Of a DNA stretch of 64,000 nucleotides, positions 40,999-51,992 are shown piece by piece. The notes under the pieces were generated by a model that was not told the origin of the DNA, ran no database searches, and saw only the letters and a list, made by a program, of their open reading frames with translations. The stretch's first letter is position 1; each line of letters begins with the position of its first letter. Location of the stretch: contig JASGHJ010000002.1 of assembly GCA_047602405.1 (NCBI GenBank), positions 3,648,001-3,712,000 of the forward strand, in the 5' to 3' direction. The DNA comes from Anaeromyxobacteraceae bacterium. Its GTDB lineage: Bacteria; Myxococcota; Myxococcia; Myxococcales; Anaeromyxobacteraceae. The position numbers were made by a program, and so were the translations under genes.

Positions 40999-42335
40999 GC
41001 TGGCTGGGGCGCATCGCTGCCGGGGTGAGAGGGGCCGCTCACCCCGAGCGTAGGGCCCGCGCCCCTCGTCTCCGGCCCGCGGAGCGTAGCTCCGCGGAGC
41101 CTACGCTCGGGGTGAACGGGCCGGGCCTGGAGCCGAGGGAGCCCCCCTTCGACCCCGTCCTCCTCGGCGCGATCCTCTCCCTCGTCGCCCTCGGGCTCGT
41201 GATGGTCTACTCGGCGAGCGCCATCCCGGCCTCCCAGTCGAAGCGGCTCGGCCTCGACGAGTTCTACTACCTGAAGCGCCAGCTCGTCGCGGCCGGGCTC
41301 GGGCTCGTGCTGCTCGTGGCCGCGTTCAAGGTGGGCCACCGCCGGGTCCAGCTCCTCGCCTACCCGGTCCTCGCCTTCACCTTCGTGTCGCTCCTCCTCG
41401 TGCCGCTCATCGGCAAGTCGGCGGGCGGCGCGCAGCGCTGGATCCCGCTCGGCCCGGTCCAGTTCCAGCCGGCCGAGGCGGCGAAGGTCGCGCTCGTCCT
41501 CTACCTCGCCCACTCGCTCTCGAAGAAGGGCGAGGTCATCCGCACCTTCTCGATCGGGCTCCTCCCGCACGTCATCGTGACGGTCGCGCTCGTGGGGCTC
41601 TGCCTCGCCCAGAGCGACTTCGGCACCGGCGTCATCCTGTTCCTCGTGCTCTTCGCGGTGCTCTTCTCCGCCGGCGCGCGGGTCTCGTACCTCCTCGGCG
41701 CCGGGCTCGCGGCGCTGCCGGTCGCGTACTGGCTCGTGCGCTCGAAGGAGTACCGGTGGACGCGCATCATCGCGTTCCTCGACCCCGAGGCCCACCGCTA
41801 CAAGGAGGGCTTCCAGCTCTGGGAGTCGCTCCTCGGCGCCGCGCACGGCGGCTGGCTCGGCCAGGGGCTCGGCCAGGGCAAGGGCAAGCTCTACTACCTG
41901 CCGGCGGCCCACACCGACTTCATCGCCGCGGTCATCGCGGAGGAGACCGGGCTCCTCGGGATGCTGCTCCTCATCGGCCTCTTCGGCGTCGTGGTCTGGC
42001 GCGGCGTCCGGGCCGCCCTCAACGCGTCGACCCCCTTCGCCGCGTACTCCGCGCTCGGCTTCACCGCGCTCCTCGGCGCCCAGGCCATCGTGAACCTGTC
42101 CGTCGTCTTCGGCCTCGTCCCGACGAAGGGGCTCACCCTGCCCTTCGTCTCCTACGGCGGCAGCTCGCTGCTCACCCTGCTCGCCGCGTGCGGCGTGCTC
42201 CTCTCCGTGAGCGGCGACCGCGGCGGCTTCCTGCGCGGCGCGCAGGCGGCGCGCAACGGGCGGGCGACCTCGCCCCGGCTCGGCCCCTCGTCGTCGGCGG
42301 GCAACCCGCTGTCGGGCAGTGGGGTGGCGCCATGA
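40995..42335 (+). CDS. ftsW: Peptidoglycan polymerase FtsW (SEDS family); N-terminal extension contains a palindromic repeat
   Basis: GTG overlaps the murD stop; [28 protein letters not shown]. An alternative in-frame GTG lies at 41112. Confidence 0.92.
   Translation: MSWLGRIAAGVRGAAHPERRARAPRLRPAERSSAEPTLGVNGPGLEPREPPFDPVLLGAILSLVALGLVMVYSASAIPASQSKRLGLDEFYYLKRQLVAAGLGLVLLVAAFKVGHRRVQLLAYPVLAFTFVSLLLVPLIGKSAGGAQRWIPLGPVQFQPAEAAKVALVLYLAHSLSKKGEVIRTFSIGLLPHVIVTVALVGLCLAQSDFGTGVILFLVLFAVLFSAGARVSYLLGAGLAALPVAYWLVRSKEYRWTRIIAFLDPEAHRYKEGFQLWESLLGAAHGGWLGQGLGQGKGKLYYLPAAHTDFIAAVIAEETGLLGMLLLIGLFGVVVWRGVRAALNASTPFAAYSALGFTALLGAQAIVNLSVVFGLVPTKGLTLPFVSYGGSSLLTLLAACGVLLSVSGDRGGFLRGAQAARNGRATSPRLGPSSSAGNPLSGSGVAP
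41035..41119. repeat. Palindromic REP-like element of the same family as the 28-kb array core
   Basis: 20-bp inverted arms CCGCTCACCCCGAGCGTAGG / CCTACGCTCGGGGTGAACGG (one mismatch); internal CCGCGGAGC-GTA-GCTCCGCGG hairpin; CCCTCGTCTCCGG is the reverse complement of the array's CCGGAGACGAGGG. Confidence 0.85.
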
Positions 42336-43489
42336 GGCTGCTCGTCGCCGGCGGCGGCACGGGCGGCCACGTCTTCCCCGGCATCGCGCTCGCCGAGGAG
42401 GTGGTGGGCCGCCACCCGGACAACGACGTCGTGTTCGTCGGCACCTCCCGCGGCCTCGAGGCGAAGGTGGTGCCCGAGGCCGGGTTCCCGATCGAGCTCA
42501 TCGAGGTGAAGGGGCTCAAGGGGAAGGGGCTCTCGGCCTTCCTCTCGAGCCTGCTCCTCCTCCCGCGCGCGTTCCTCCAGTCCATCCGCATCCTCAAGAA
42601 GTGGCGGCCGGACGTGGTGGTGGGCGTGGGCGGCTACGCGAGCGGCCCGGTGGTCCTCGCGGCGTGGCTACTGCGCATCCCGACCGCGGTGCAGGAGCAG
42701 AACGCCCGCGCCGGCTTCACGAACCGGGTGCTGGGGAGCTTCGTGAAGGCCGTCTTCACCGCCTTCCCCGAGGCGAACGACCAGTTCCCGCCGCGCAAGG
42801 TCCACCAGCTCGGCAACCCCATCCGCCGGACGCTGATGGAGAACTTCATGCGGCCCGACACGCCGCACCCCGAGCCGCGGGTGCTGGTGTTCGGCGGCTC
42901 GCAGGGCGCCCACGCGCTCAACATGCGGGTCATCGAGGCGCTCCCGCACCTCGCCGACCTGCGCGAACGGATCCGCTTCACGCACCAGACGGGCGCGCGG
43001 GACCGGGAGCAGGTCGAGAAGGGCTACGCGGCCTGCGGGTTCCTCCCCGACGTGCGCGAGTTCATCTCCGACATGAGCACCGCCTACGCGGAGTGCGACC
43101 TCGTCGTCTGCCGCGCGGGCGCCACCACCATCGCCGAGCTCACCGTCTGCAAGCGGGCCTCGATCCTCATCCCCTTCCCGGCGGCGGCCGACAACCACCA
43201 GGTCGTGAACGCGCGCAGCCTCGCCGACGCCGGCGCGGCCGTGATGATCGAGGAGCGCGACCTCACCGGCGAGCTCCTCGCCCGCGAGATCCGCGGCCTG
43301 CTCGCGAGCCCGGAGCGGCGCGAGCGGATGGTGCGCGCGGCGGGCCTCGTGGGCGCGCCCCAGGCCTCGTCCGAGATCGCCGCCGTCCTGTCCGACCTCG
43401 TCCGGCGGCGCTGGGGCTCCCCGGCCGGCCGCCCGCGTGCCGCCGGCGAGAAGCCGGTCCGGCCCGTCCTGCCCGGAGGCAGCCCGTGA
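42332..43489 (+). CDS. murG: Lipid II GlcNAc transferase
   Basis: GGGTGGH, GGYASGP, GGSQGA, RAGATT. Confidence 0.96.
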   Translation: MRLLVAGGGTGGHVFPGIALAEEVVGRHPDNDVVFVGTSRGLEAKVVPEAGFPIELIEVKGLKGKGLSAFLSSLLLLPRAFLQSIRILKKWRPDVVVGVGGYASGPVVLAAWLLRIPTAVQEQNARAGFTNRVLGSFVKAVFTAFPEANDQFPPRKVHQLGNPIRRTLMENFMRPDTPHPEPRVLVFGGSQGAHALNMRVIEALPHLADLRERIRFTHQTGARDREQVEKGYAACGFLPDVREFISDMSTAYAECDLVVCRAGATTIAELTVCKRASILIPFPAAADNHQVVNARSLADAGAAVMIEERDLTGELLAREIRGLLASPERRERMVRAAGLVGAPQASSEIAAVLSDLVRRRWGSPAGRPRAAGEKPVRPVLPGGSP

Positions 43490-44862
43490 CCCTGTTCCGC
43501 TCCCGCCCCGCCCGCATCCACTTCGTCGGCATCGGCGGCATCGGGATGAGCGGCATCGCCGAGGTGCTGCTCAACCTCGGCTACGCCGTCACCGGCTCCG
43601 ACCTCAAGGCGAGCGACACCACCCGCCGGCTCGAGGGGCTCGGCGGCAAGGTCTTCGTCGGCCACGACGCCGCGCACGTCACCGCGGTGGACGTGGTGGT
43701 GACCTCCTCCGCGGTCCGCCGGGACAACCCGGAGGTGGTGGAGGCCCGCCGCCGGAAGATCCCGCTCATCCCGCGGGCCGAGATGCTCGCCGAGCTCATG
43801 CGGCTCAAGTACGGCGTCGCGATCGCGGGCTCGCACGGGAAGACCACCACCACCTCCATGGCCGCCCACGTGCTCGCCGCCGCCGGGCTCGACCCGACCG
43901 CGGTGGTCGGCGGCAAGGTGAACTCCTTCGGCTCGAACGCGAAGCTCGGGCGCGGCGAGTACATGGTGGTCGAGGCGGACGAGTCCGACGGCTCGTTCCT
44001 GCACATCCCGCCCACCATCGCGATCGTCACGAACGTCGACCCCGAGCACCTCGACCACTGGAAGACGGTCGAGGCGCTGCGCCGAGGCTTCGTCGACTTC
44101 GTGAACCGGGTGCCGTTCTACGGCCTCGCGATCCTCTGCATCGACCACCCGGGCGTGCAGTCGCTCATCCCGGACATCGAGAGCCGCTACGTCACCTACG
44201 GAGAGAGCCACCAGGCCGACTACCGGGCCGACCGGATCTCGGTCGAGGGGCCGTCGGTCACCTTCGACGCGTTCCACGGCGAGCAGGCGCTGGGGCGGTT
44301 CGAGGTGGCGATGGTGGGCCGCCACAACGCGCTCAACGCGCTCGCGGTCATCGCGCTCGCCGACGAGATGGGCGTGCCGGTCGACGCGACCCGCGAGGCC
44401 CTGAGGGGCTTCGGCGGCGTGCAGCGCCGCTTCACCCTGCGCGGCGAGGCGGCGGGCGTCACGGTCGTCGACGACTACGGCCACCACCCCGCCGAGGTGA
44501 AGGCCACCCTCGCCGGCGCCCACGAGGCCTACCGGCGGCGGGTCGTGTGCGTGTTCCAGCCGCACCGCTACACCCGCACCCGCGACCTCCTGGCCGACTT
44601 CGCCATCGCGTTCAACCACGCCGACGTGCTGCTCGTGACGGACGTCTACGCCGCCGGCGAGGACCCGATCCCCGGCGCGACCGCCCCGTCGCTCGTCGAC
44701 GCCATCCGCGCGAGCGGGCACAGGGACGTGCACCACGTGCCGCGCGCCGAGCTCGCGCGGGCCGCGAAGGAGCGCGTGCGCCCGGGCGACCTCGTGCTCA
44801 CGCTCGGCGCGGGCGACGTGACCGCGGTCGGGCCGGAGCTCCTGAAGCTCCTGGAGACCTAG
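43486..44862 (+). CDS. murC: UDP-MurNAc--L-Ala ligase
   Basis: [38 protein letters not shown]. Confidence 0.96.
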   Translation: MTLFRSRPARIHFVGIGGIGMSGIAEVLLNLGYAVTGSDLKASDTTRRLEGLGGKVFVGHDAAHVTAVDVVVTSSAVRRDNPEVVEARRRKIPLIPRAEMLAELMRLKYGVAIAGSHGKTTTTSMAAHVLAAAGLDPTAVVGGKVNSFGSNAKLGRGEYMVVEADESDGSFLHIPPTIAIVTNVDPEHLDHWKTVEALRRGFVDFVNRVPFYGLAILCIDHPGVQSLIPDIESRYVTYGESHQADYRADRISVEGPSVTFDAFHGEQALGRFEVAMVGRHNALNALAVIALADEMGVPVDATREALRGFGGVQRRFTLRGEAAGVTVVDDYGHHPAEVKATLAGAHEAYRRRVVCVFQPHRYTRTRDLLADFAIAFNHADVLLVTDVYAAGEDPIPGATAPSLVDAIRASGHRDVHHVPRAELARAAKERVRPGDLVLTLGAGDVTAVGPELLKLLET

Positions 44863-44875
44863 AGAGAGCGCGCCG

Positions 44876-45820
44876 ATGGACTGGCGGGACGAGATCGAGC
44901 GGCGGGTCCGCGGGGAGCACCTGCGCGACGCCCCGCTCGCGACGCGCACCGCGGTGCGCGTGGGCGGGCCGGCGGACCTCCTCGTCCGGCCGGCCGACCC
45001 CGACGCGCTCGCCGCGCTGCTCCGCGCGGTCAGGGAGCTCGGCGTCCCGCTGCACGTGCTCGGCGGCGGCGCGAACACGCTCGTCGCCGACGCGGGCTTC
45101 CGCGGGTGCGTGCTGCGGCTCCCGACCGAGCTGGGCGGCGAGTCGGCCGACGGTGAGCGGCTCGTGCTCCCCGCCGGCGCGCCGACGACGCGGCTGTGGA
45201 CCCGGGCGCACCAGGCCGGCCTCGCGGGCATGGAGTTCATCGCGGGGATCCCCGGCACGCTCGGCGGCTGCACCGCCATGAACGCCGGGACGAAGCTCGG
45301 CGAGATGAAGGACGTGGTCGAGCGGGTGGAGCTCGCGACCGCCGACGGCGCCGGCTTCGTCGACGCCGCCGCGCTCGCGTTCCGGTACCGGTACGCGCGG
45401 CTCCCGGCCGGCGCGGTCGTGACGCGGGTCGCCTTCCGGCTCCGCCGCGCCGACGCGGCCGGGCTCGCGGAGAGCGAGCGGCTCATGCGCGAGGACCAGG
45501 AGAAGCGCCGGCGCACGCAGCCCTACGACAAGCCCACCTTCGGCTCGACCTTCACGAACCCGCCCGGCGACTTCGCCGGCCGGCTCATCGAGGCCGCGGG
45601 CCTGAAGGGCCACCGGATCGGCAACGCGGTCTGGTCGCCGGTGCACGCGAACTTCGTCTCGAACCTCGGCGGCGCGACCGCCGCGGACGTGCTCGGGCTC
45701 ATGCGCCTCGCGCGGGAGACGGTGAGGGCGCGGTTCGGGATCGACCTCGAGACCGAGGTCCGGCTCGTGGGGGCGTTCCGCCCCGGCGAGACCGCGGGGC
45801 TGGGGCATCACGGAGTCTAG
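44876..45820 (+). CDS. murB: UDP-N-acetylenolpyruvoylglucosamine reductase
   Basis: GGPA, GIPGTLGG..MNAG, GSTFTNP, HANF. Confidence 0.94.
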   Translation: MDWRDEIERRVRGEHLRDAPLATRTAVRVGGPADLLVRPADPDALAALLRAVRELGVPLHVLGGGANTLVADAGFRGCVLRLPTELGGESADGERLVLPAGAPTTRLWTRAHQAGLAGMEFIAGIPGTLGGCTAMNAGTKLGEMKDVVERVELATADGAGFVDAAALAFRYRYARLPAGAVVTRVAFRLRRADAAGLAESERLMREDQEKRRRTQPYDKPTFGSTFTNPPGDFAGRLIEAAGLKGHRIGNAVWSPVHANFVSNLGGATAADVLGLMRLARETVRARFGIDLETEVRLVGAFRPGETAGLGHHGV

Positions 45821-45833
45821 GAGAACGAGGCAC

Positions 45834-46760
45834 ATGGGCATCTGGAGCGGGAAGAAGGTGGCGGTGCTGTACGGCGGGCGGTCCTCCGAGCGCGAGGTCT
45901 CGCTCAAGACGGGCGCGGCGTGCGCGGAGGCGCTCGCCTCGAAGGGCTACGCGGTCGAGCTCGTGGACGTGGACCTCGACGTCGCGGCGCGCCTGCGCAC
46001 GCTCGGGATCGACGTCGCGTTCGTGGCGCTGCACGGCCGCTACGGCGAGGACGGCTGCATCCAGGGGCTCCTGGAGTCGATGGGGCTGCCGTACACCGGC
46101 TCCGGCGTCACCTCCTCCGCCCTCGGCATGGACAAGACGCTCTCGAAGCGGATGTTCGGCGCCATCGGCCTGTCGGTCATCGACTACCGGGCGTTCCCCC
46201 GCGAGCAGGCGGCCGAGATCCGCCCGCGCGACCTCCCCTTCGGCCTGCCCGCGGTCGTGAAGCCCGCCGGCGAGGGCTCGAGCGTGGGCGTCACGATCGC
46301 GAAGGACCCCGCCGCGTTCCAGGCCGCCTGCCTCGAGGCCGCGAAGTGGAAGGGCGACGTCATCGTCGAGCGCTACGTCAAGGGCACCGAGGTGAACGTC
46401 GCGGTCCTCGACGGGAAGGCCCTCGGCGCCGTCGAGATCGCCCCGGAGCGCGAGTTCTACGACTACGCCGCGAAGTACACGGCCGGCACGACGAAGTACC
46501 ACGTGCCGCCCAGGATCCCCGAGTCGCAGGTCCGGAGCGCGTGCGACGCGGCGGAGCGGGCGCACAGGGGGCTCGGGTGCAGCGGGGTGTCGCGCGTCGA
46601 CTTCATCGTCGCCGCCGACGGGACGCCGTTCATCCTCGAGGTGAACACGCTGCCCGGGATGACGGGGACGTCGCTCGTGCCGAAGATCGCGGCGGGGGCG
46701 GGGATCCCGTTCCCGGACCTGTGCGAGAGGATCCTGGACCTGGCGGGACTGAAGGCCTGA
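45834..46760 (+). CDS. ddl: D-alanine--D-alanine ligase
   Basis: GGRSSEREVSL, HGRYGEDG, GSSVG, YDYAAKY, EVNTLPG. Confidence 0.96.
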   Translation: MGIWSGKKVAVLYGGRSSEREVSLKTGAACAEALASKGYAVELVDVDLDVAARLRTLGIDVAFVALHGRYGEDGCIQGLLESMGLPYTGSGVTSSALGMDKTLSKRMFGAIGLSVIDYRAFPREQAAEIRPRDLPFGLPAVVKPAGEGSSVGVTIAKDPAAFQAACLEAAKWKGDVIVERYVKGTEVNVAVLDGKALGAVEIAPEREFYDYAAKYTAGTTKYHVPPRIPESQVRSACDAAERAHRGLGCSGVSRVDFIVAADGTPFILEVNTLPGMTGTSLVPKIAAGAGIPFPDLCERILDLAGLKA

Positions 46761-46782
46761 TCCGGACGTTGGGGGCCCCGGG

Positions 46783-47574
46783 TCAGTCGCTCATCACGCT
46801 CGACCGCCAAATCTCGCGGAGCTTCCCCTGCTCCACGAGGAAGACCTGCTCCATCGTCCACCCGCACTCGCAGCAGACCGACGCGCCGCGCAGGTAGACC
46901 CGCCCCGCGAGCCGGAACGCCACCGGCTCCTCGGAGCACGCCCGGAACGGCGCGGCGGGGCCGTCCTTGGCGAGTGCGAGCAGCGGGCCGTTCGTGCGCA
47001 GGAAGCCGTCGCCGCGGTCGTCGTCGACCGAGAAGCGCAGCAGCATCGGGCTCCGCCGCACGCCGTCCAGCTCGACCACCCGGGAGGCCTCGGCCGGCAG
47101 CTCGAGCTCGCCGAGCCCGGAGTCCTCGGCGAGGTCGCGCACGAGGCGGCGTGCCCACTCGGTCTCGCCGGGCGCCTTCGGCCGGCGGAACGTGGGCACC
47201 GGGACGAGCGGGATCCGCTCGAGCGGCTCGCGCGCGTGCACGACGGCGATCGTGCGGCGCGGGAGGTCGCAGGTGCGGCCGAGGAGCTCGGTCCCCGGCA
47301 GGGACGCCTGCCGCTCGCCCTGCGCGTGCTCGGAGGCGCCTTCGGCGTCGGGCCGCCGCCAGGTGACGCGCTTCCCGGTCGTGAGCCGGCAGCCGGGCGG
47401 CGCGCCGAGGAGGCGCACCGGTTCGCCCGAGGCGAACTCGCCGAGCACGCAGTCCACGGAGGTGCCCTCGGCCGTCTCGCACGTCGCGGGCAGCGTGAAC
47501 GCCGGCGCCGGGCGCGGACTTGCCCCGGCGAGCAGCGCGAGGGCGAGGGCGAGCGGCGGCATGGCGGGGGCCAT
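46783..47574 (-). CDS. Secreted cysteine-containing hypothetical protein, antisense within the dcw cluster
   Basis: Signal-like MAPAMPPLALALALLAG; eight Cys including CCECG. Confidence 0.6.
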   Translation of the reverse strand: MAPAMPPLALALALLAGASPRPAPAFTLPATCETAEGTSVDCVLGEFASGEPVRLLGAPPGCRLTTGKRVTWRRPDAEGASEHAQGERQASLPGTELLGRTCDLPRRTIAVVHAREPLERIPLVPVPTFRRPKAPGETEWARRLVRDLAEDSGLGELELPAEASRVVELDGVRRSPMLLRFSVDDDRGDGFLRTNGPLLALAKDGPAAPFRACSEEPVAFRLAGRVYLRGASVCCECGWTMEQVFLVEQGKLREIWRSSVMSD

Positions 47575-47812
47575 CCTGCCACCACCGAGGCACCGGAGGG
47601 AGACCTGCGGTCAGGCTGCCCCGGGTGGTGCGGTGTCCGGCCCCCGACCGCGGGCCGCGCGCGCGGTCGAGCGCCCGGGACGAAAGGAGGGCACCGGCCG
47701 AAAACTTGCGTCTCGCCGCTGGCGGGGGATGCTGCCATCGGGCGATAGCGCCCGCGCGTCGGGAGGTGTCGGCGCGCGGCGGCGCGAGGGTCGCAGAGGG
47801 GCGGAGGTGGCG

Positions 47813-48658
47813 GTGGCGCGGGCGGGCGGGAACCGGAGGAAGGTGGACGTGCCGCCCGGCGAGCGCCGGCGCCAGGCGCTCCGGCTGCTCGGCCTCGTGG
47901 CGCCGACGGCCACGGTGCTCGCCCTCCTCGCCGGCCTCGGCTGGCTCGGCTACGCGAAGGCGGTCGAGGGCGAGGCCCTGCGCATCCGCGAGCTCCGCAT
48001 CGAGGGCAACGAGCGCGCGCTCCGGGAGGAGCTCGTGGAGCTCTGCCCGGTGAAGCCGGGCGACCACCTCCTCCTCGCCGACACCGACCTCGTCGAGCGC
48101 GGCCTCCGCCGCCACCCGTGGGTGGCCTCGGCCGAGGTGCGCCGCGTGCTGCCGCCCGCGCTCGAGATCCGCGTGACCGAGCGCCGCGCGGTGGCGCTCG
48201 TCGAGCTCGGCGGCCTCTACCTCGTGGACGAGCGCGGCCAGGTGTTCAAGAAGGCCGCGCCCGGCGACGGCCTCGATCTCCCGCTCGTGACCGGGCTCAC
48301 CCGGCGCGACTGGCTCGACGGCGTCCCGGAGTCGTCGGTGCGCCTCGACGGCGCGCTCGCGCTCCTCGCGCGCTGGTCGGAGCAGCGGCTCGACCGGAAG
48401 TTCCCCATCTCGCAGGTGCACCTCGACCCCGACTTCGGCACCACCGTCTGGATCGGCGACGACGGCGTCGAGATCCGGCTCGGCACGGGCGACCTCCCCG
48501 AGAAGCTCGCGCGCATGGAGCGCGTCCTCGCGGCGGTGCAGGCGGAGGGCAAGAAGGCGGCGGTGGTGCACCTCGACAACCGGCGGCGCCCGGACTGGGT
48601 GGCCGTGCGGTTCGCGGATTCGCAGCTCGATGTCCCCGCTCGCCGGGGGCATCCGTAG
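47813..48658 (+). CDS. ftsQ: Cell division protein FtsQ/DivIB
   Basis: GGAGG then GTG 47813; TM; POTRA (IEGN...HPWVASAEVRRVLP...ERR); directly upstream of ftsA. Confidence 0.88.
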   Translation: MARAGGNRRKVDVPPGERRRQALRLLGLVAPTATVLALLAGLGWLGYAKAVEGEALRIRELRIEGNERALREELVELCPVKPGDHLLLADTDLVERGLRRHPWVASAEVRRVLPPALEIRVTERRAVALVELGGLYLVDERGQVFKKAAPGDGLDLPLVTGLTRRDWLDGVPESSVRLDGALALLARWSEQRLDRKFPISQVHLDPDFGTTVWIGDDGVEIRLGTGDLPEKLARMERVLAAVQAEGKKAAVVHLDNRRRPDWVAVRFADSQLDVPARRGHP

Positions 48659-48668
48659 CATCGACGAA

Positions 48669-48765
48669 GGTCCGCGAAGCGGACCGGAGTCCTGAGCGTA
48701 GGCCCGCGCAGGCGGGCCGTGGTCGAAGGACGCAGCCTCCGGGCGGAGACGCTCGGGGTGGGCGG
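48669..48765. repeat. Degenerate copy or copies of the palindromic element in the ftsQ-ftsA spacer
   Basis: GGTCCGC-GAA-GCGGACC hairpin, then GTCCTGAGCGTAGGCCCGC-GCAG-GCGGGCC...TCGAAGGACG, then ACGCTCGGGGTGGGCGG. Confidence 0.75.
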
Positions 48766-48869
48766 GTGGTGGCGAGGCGCCGGTCGGCGGCGCCGAGCCG
48801 TGGGAGGCGGTCCGAGAGGGCCGCGGTGGGGCGGAGCGCGACGGCGCCTCCCGCCCGGAGGCTGTAGAC

Positions 48870-50099
48870 ATGGCGAAGAGCGGCGACATCCTCGTCGGCC
48901 TGGACATCGGCACCACGAAGATCTGCGCGATCGTCGGCGAGGTCACCGACGAGGGCCTGGACATCATCGGCATCGGCACGCACCCCTCGAAGGGGCTGCG
49001 CAAGGGGGTGGTCGTCAACATCGACGCCACCGTCGCCTCGATCAAGCGCGCGATCGAGGAGGCCGAGCACATGGCCGGGTGCGAGATCACCACGGTCTAC
49101 ACCGGCATCGCCGGCGGCCACATCAAGGCGTTCCCGTCCCACGGCGTCGTCGCCGTGAAGGACAAGGAGGTGCGCCAGCAGGACGTCGACCGGGTCATCG
49201 ACCAGGCGAAGGCGGTCGCGATCCCGCTCGACCGCGAGGTCATCCACGTGCTCCCGCAGGAGTTCATCGTGGACGATCAGGACGGCGTGAAGGAGCCGGT
49301 GGGCATGAGCGGCGTCCGCCTCGAGGCGAAGGCGCTCATCGTGACCGGCGCGGTCTCCTCCGCCCAGAACATCGTGAAGTGCGCGCAGCGCACCGGCCTG
49401 AACGTCGCCGACATCGTGCTGCAGCCGCTCGCCTCCTCCCTCGCGACGCTCTCCGAGGACGAGAAGGAGCTCGGCGTGTGCCTCGTCGACATCGGCGGCG
49501 GCACGACCGACATCGCCATCTTCCACAACGGCGCCATCCAGCACACCGCCGTCATCTCGCTCGGCGGCAACCACCTCACGAACGACGTGGCGGTGGGCCT
49601 GCGCACCCCGACCCATGAGGCCGAGCGCATCAAGAAGCAGTACGGCTGCGCGATGGCCGCGTCGGTCGACAAGGCCGAGACCATCGAGGTCCCGAGCGTG
49701 GGCGGCGGCCAGCCGCGCGTGCTCTCCCGCCAGATCCTCGCCGAGATCATCGAGCCGCGCGTCGAGGAGATCTTCATGCTGGTCCAGCACGAGATCCAGA
49801 AGTGCGGGATGGAGGAGATCCTCGCCTCCGGCGTCGTCATCACCGGCGGCTCGACGCTCCTCTCCGGCATGCCGGAGATGGCCGAGGAGGTGCTGGGGGT
49901 CCCGGTGCGCCGCGGCCTCCCGAAGGGCATCGGCGGCCTCGTCGACGTCGTGAAGAGCCCGATGTACGCGACCGCGGTCGGCCTCGTGCTCTACGGCGGG
50001 CACCAGCAGGAGGTCCGCCCCTACTTCAAGATCCGCGACGAGAACGTCTACCGCCGGGTGAAGGACCGCATGAAGGAGTGGCTCGGGCAGGTGTTCTAG
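48870..50099 (+). CDS. ftsA: Cell division protein FtsA
   Basis: GLDIGTTKI, DIGGGTTD, TGG, YATAVGL. Confidence 0.96.
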   Translation: MAKSGDILVGLDIGTTKICAIVGEVTDEGLDIIGIGTHPSKGLRKGVVVNIDATVASIKRAIEEAEHMAGCEITTVYTGIAGGHIKAFPSHGVVAVKDKEVRQQDVDRVIDQAKAVAIPLDREVIHVLPQEFIVDDQDGVKEPVGMSGVRLEAKALIVTGAVSSAQNIVKCAQRTGLNVADIVLQPLASSLATLSEDEKELGVCLVDIGGGTTDIAIFHNGAIQHTAVISLGGNHLTNDVAVGLRTPTHEAERIKKQYGCAMAASVDKAETIEVPSVGGGQPRVLSRQILAEIIEPRVEEIFMLVQHEIQKCGMEEILASGVVITGGSTLLSGMPEMAEEVLGVPVRRGLPKGIGGLVDVVKSPMYATAVGLVLYGGHQQEVRPYFKIRDENVYRRVKDRMKEWLGQVF

Positions 50100-50117
50100 C
50101 CACCGGGAGACACCGAG

Positions 50118-51350
50118 ATGATCGAGTACACCGACAAGCAGGACTCGGCCCGGATCAAGGTCATCGGCGTGGGCGGCGGCGGTGGCAACGCCGTCAACAC
50201 GATGGTCGCGAGCCGCCTCGAGGGCGTGGAGTTCATCGCCGCCAACACCGACGTGCAGGCGCTCAACGCCAACCGCGCCGGCACGAAGATCCAGCTCGGC
50301 CGGTCCGCCTCCCGCGGCCTGGGCGCGGGCGCCAACCCGGACGTGGGCCGCACCGCCGCGCTCGAGGAGCGGGAGCAGATCCTGGCCGCGCTCGACGGCG
50401 CGGACATGGTCTTCGTGACCGCCGGCATGGGCGGCGGCACCGGCACCGGCGGCGCCCCCGTCGTGGCCGACATCGCGAAGCAGACCGGCGCGCTCACCGT
50501 CGGCGTCGTCACGAAGCCCTTCCTCTTCGAGGGCAACAAGCGCCGCAAGCAGGCCGAGGCCGGCCTCGCCGAGCTGAAGGCCGCGGTCGACACGCTGATC
50601 GTGATCCCGAACCAGCGCCTCCTCTCGGTCGCCGGCGAGAACATGTCGCTCGCCGACGCGTTCAAGCGGGCCGACGAGGTGCTGCTCAACGCGGTGCAGG
50701 GCATCTCCGACCTCATCACCGTGCACGGGCTCGTGAACGTCGACTTCGCCGACGTCCGCACCATCATGAGCGAGCAGGGCATGGCGCTCATGGGCACCGG
50801 CCGCGCCGGCGGCGACCGCCGCGCGGTCGAGGCCATGCAGGCGGCCATCTCGTCGCCGCTCCTCGAGGACGTCCAGCTCGACGGCGCGACCGGCCTCCTC
50901 GTCAACATCACCGGCGGGCCGAACCTGACGCTCCGCGAGGTCGACGAGGCGGTCTCGATGGCGCAGACGGCGGCCGACCCCGACGCCAACATCATCTTCG
51001 GCTCGGTGGTCGACGAGACGCTCGGCGACGAGATCAAGATCACCGTCATCGCGACCGGCTTCGCCCCGGCCGGTGCGCCCGCCGGCCGCGCCACCTCGCG
51101 GCTCGTGCAGGTCCCGAAGGAGGCGCCCGTCGCGCAGGTCCGCGTCGCGCGCGAGACGCCGCCGCCGCTCCCGGTCGAGAAGAAGGAGCCGCTCAAGCTC
51201 CAGACGGTCGTCCCGGCCCCGAAGCGCGAGACGGTGACCGTGAAGGCCACCCGGCGCGTCGAGACGAAGCCCTACCAGCCGTCCGACGAGGACCAGTACG
51301 ACATCCCGACCTTCCTCCGGAAGGGCGGGCCGCCGCCGTCGCAGGAGTGA
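50118..51350 (+). CDS. ftsZ: Cell division protein FtsZ
   Basis: [27 protein letters not shown]-terminal DIPTFLR. Confidence 0.98.
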   Translation: MIEYTDKQDSARIKVIGVGGGGGNAVNTMVASRLEGVEFIAANTDVQALNANRAGTKIQLGRSASRGLGAGANPDVGRTAALEEREQILAALDGADMVFVTAGMGGGTGTGGAPVVADIAKQTGALTVGVVTKPFLFEGNKRRKQAEAGLAELKAAVDTLIVIPNQRLLSVAGENMSLADAFKRADEVLLNAVQGISDLITVHGLVNVDFADVRTIMSEQGMALMGTGRAGGDRRAVEAMQAAISSPLLEDVQLDGATGLLVNITGGPNLTLREVDEAVSMAQTAADPDANIIFGSVVDETLGDEIKITVIATGFAPAGAPAGRATSRLVQVPKEAPVAQVRVARETPPPLPVEKKEPLKLQTVVPAPKRETVTVKATRRVETKPYQPSDEDQYDIPTFLRKGGPPPSQE

Positions 51351-51353
51351 CGG

Positions 51354-51992
51354 TCAGGCCGGGGGGATCGGCGGCACCGGCGCGTCCGGCAGGTCCGGCG
51401 CGGGCACGCCGCCGATCCCGAGCATCACCGCGATGGGCCGCTGCGCCGCGATGACGAGCGTGGCGAGCTCCGCGAGCGGCAACCCGACGAGCTCCGCGCC
51501 CTTCGTGAGGTAGCTGCGGTCCACCGACCGCGCGAAGGCCTTGTCCTTCGTCTTCTTCACGACCGACGCCGCCTCGAGGTCCAGCACCGACCGCGAGGGC
51601 CGCACGAGCGCGCAGGCGCCCACGAACCCGGTCAGCTCGTCGGCGGCCACGATTGCGCGCTCCATCGGCGACTCGGCCGGGATGCCGGTGTGAAACGCGT
51701 GCGCGCCGATGGCCCGCACGATCGGCTCCGGCCAGCCCTGCCCGCGCAGGATCTCCATGCCGCGCGCGGGGTGGTCGGCCTCGGTCGGGAACCGCTCGTA
51801 GTCGAAGTCGTGGAGGAGCCCGACGAGGCCCCACGTCTCGACCGTGTCGCCGAGGCTGCCGGCGTCCGGCACGCCCGCGCGGCGCGCGAGCGCCCGCATC
51901 GAGGCCTCGACCGCGAGGGCGTGGCGCCGGAGCGCCTGCGATGGCGTGTACGCGCAGACGAGCGCCCAGGCGGCCTCGCGCGACGGGATCAT
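51354..51992 (-). CDS. HD-domain phosphohydrolase
   Basis: LRRHALAVE, GLLHDFDYE, DELTGF, KDKAFA. Confidence 0.85.
   Translation of the reverse strand: MIPSREAAWALVCAYTPSQALRRHALAVEASMRALARRAGVPDAGSLGDTVETWGLVGLLHDFDYERFPTEADHPARGMEILRGQGWPEPIVRAIGAHAFHTGIPAESPMERAIVAADELTGFVGACALVRPSRSVLDLEAASVVKKTKDKAFARSVDRSYLTKGAELVGLPLAELATLVIAAQRPIAVMLGIGGVPAPDLPDAPVPPIPPA

Noticed and set aside
38463..42335. 1290-aa MraY-FtsW fusion ORF in the track
   Set aside because: Produced by the mraY frameshift running through an alternative frame of murD into ftsW.
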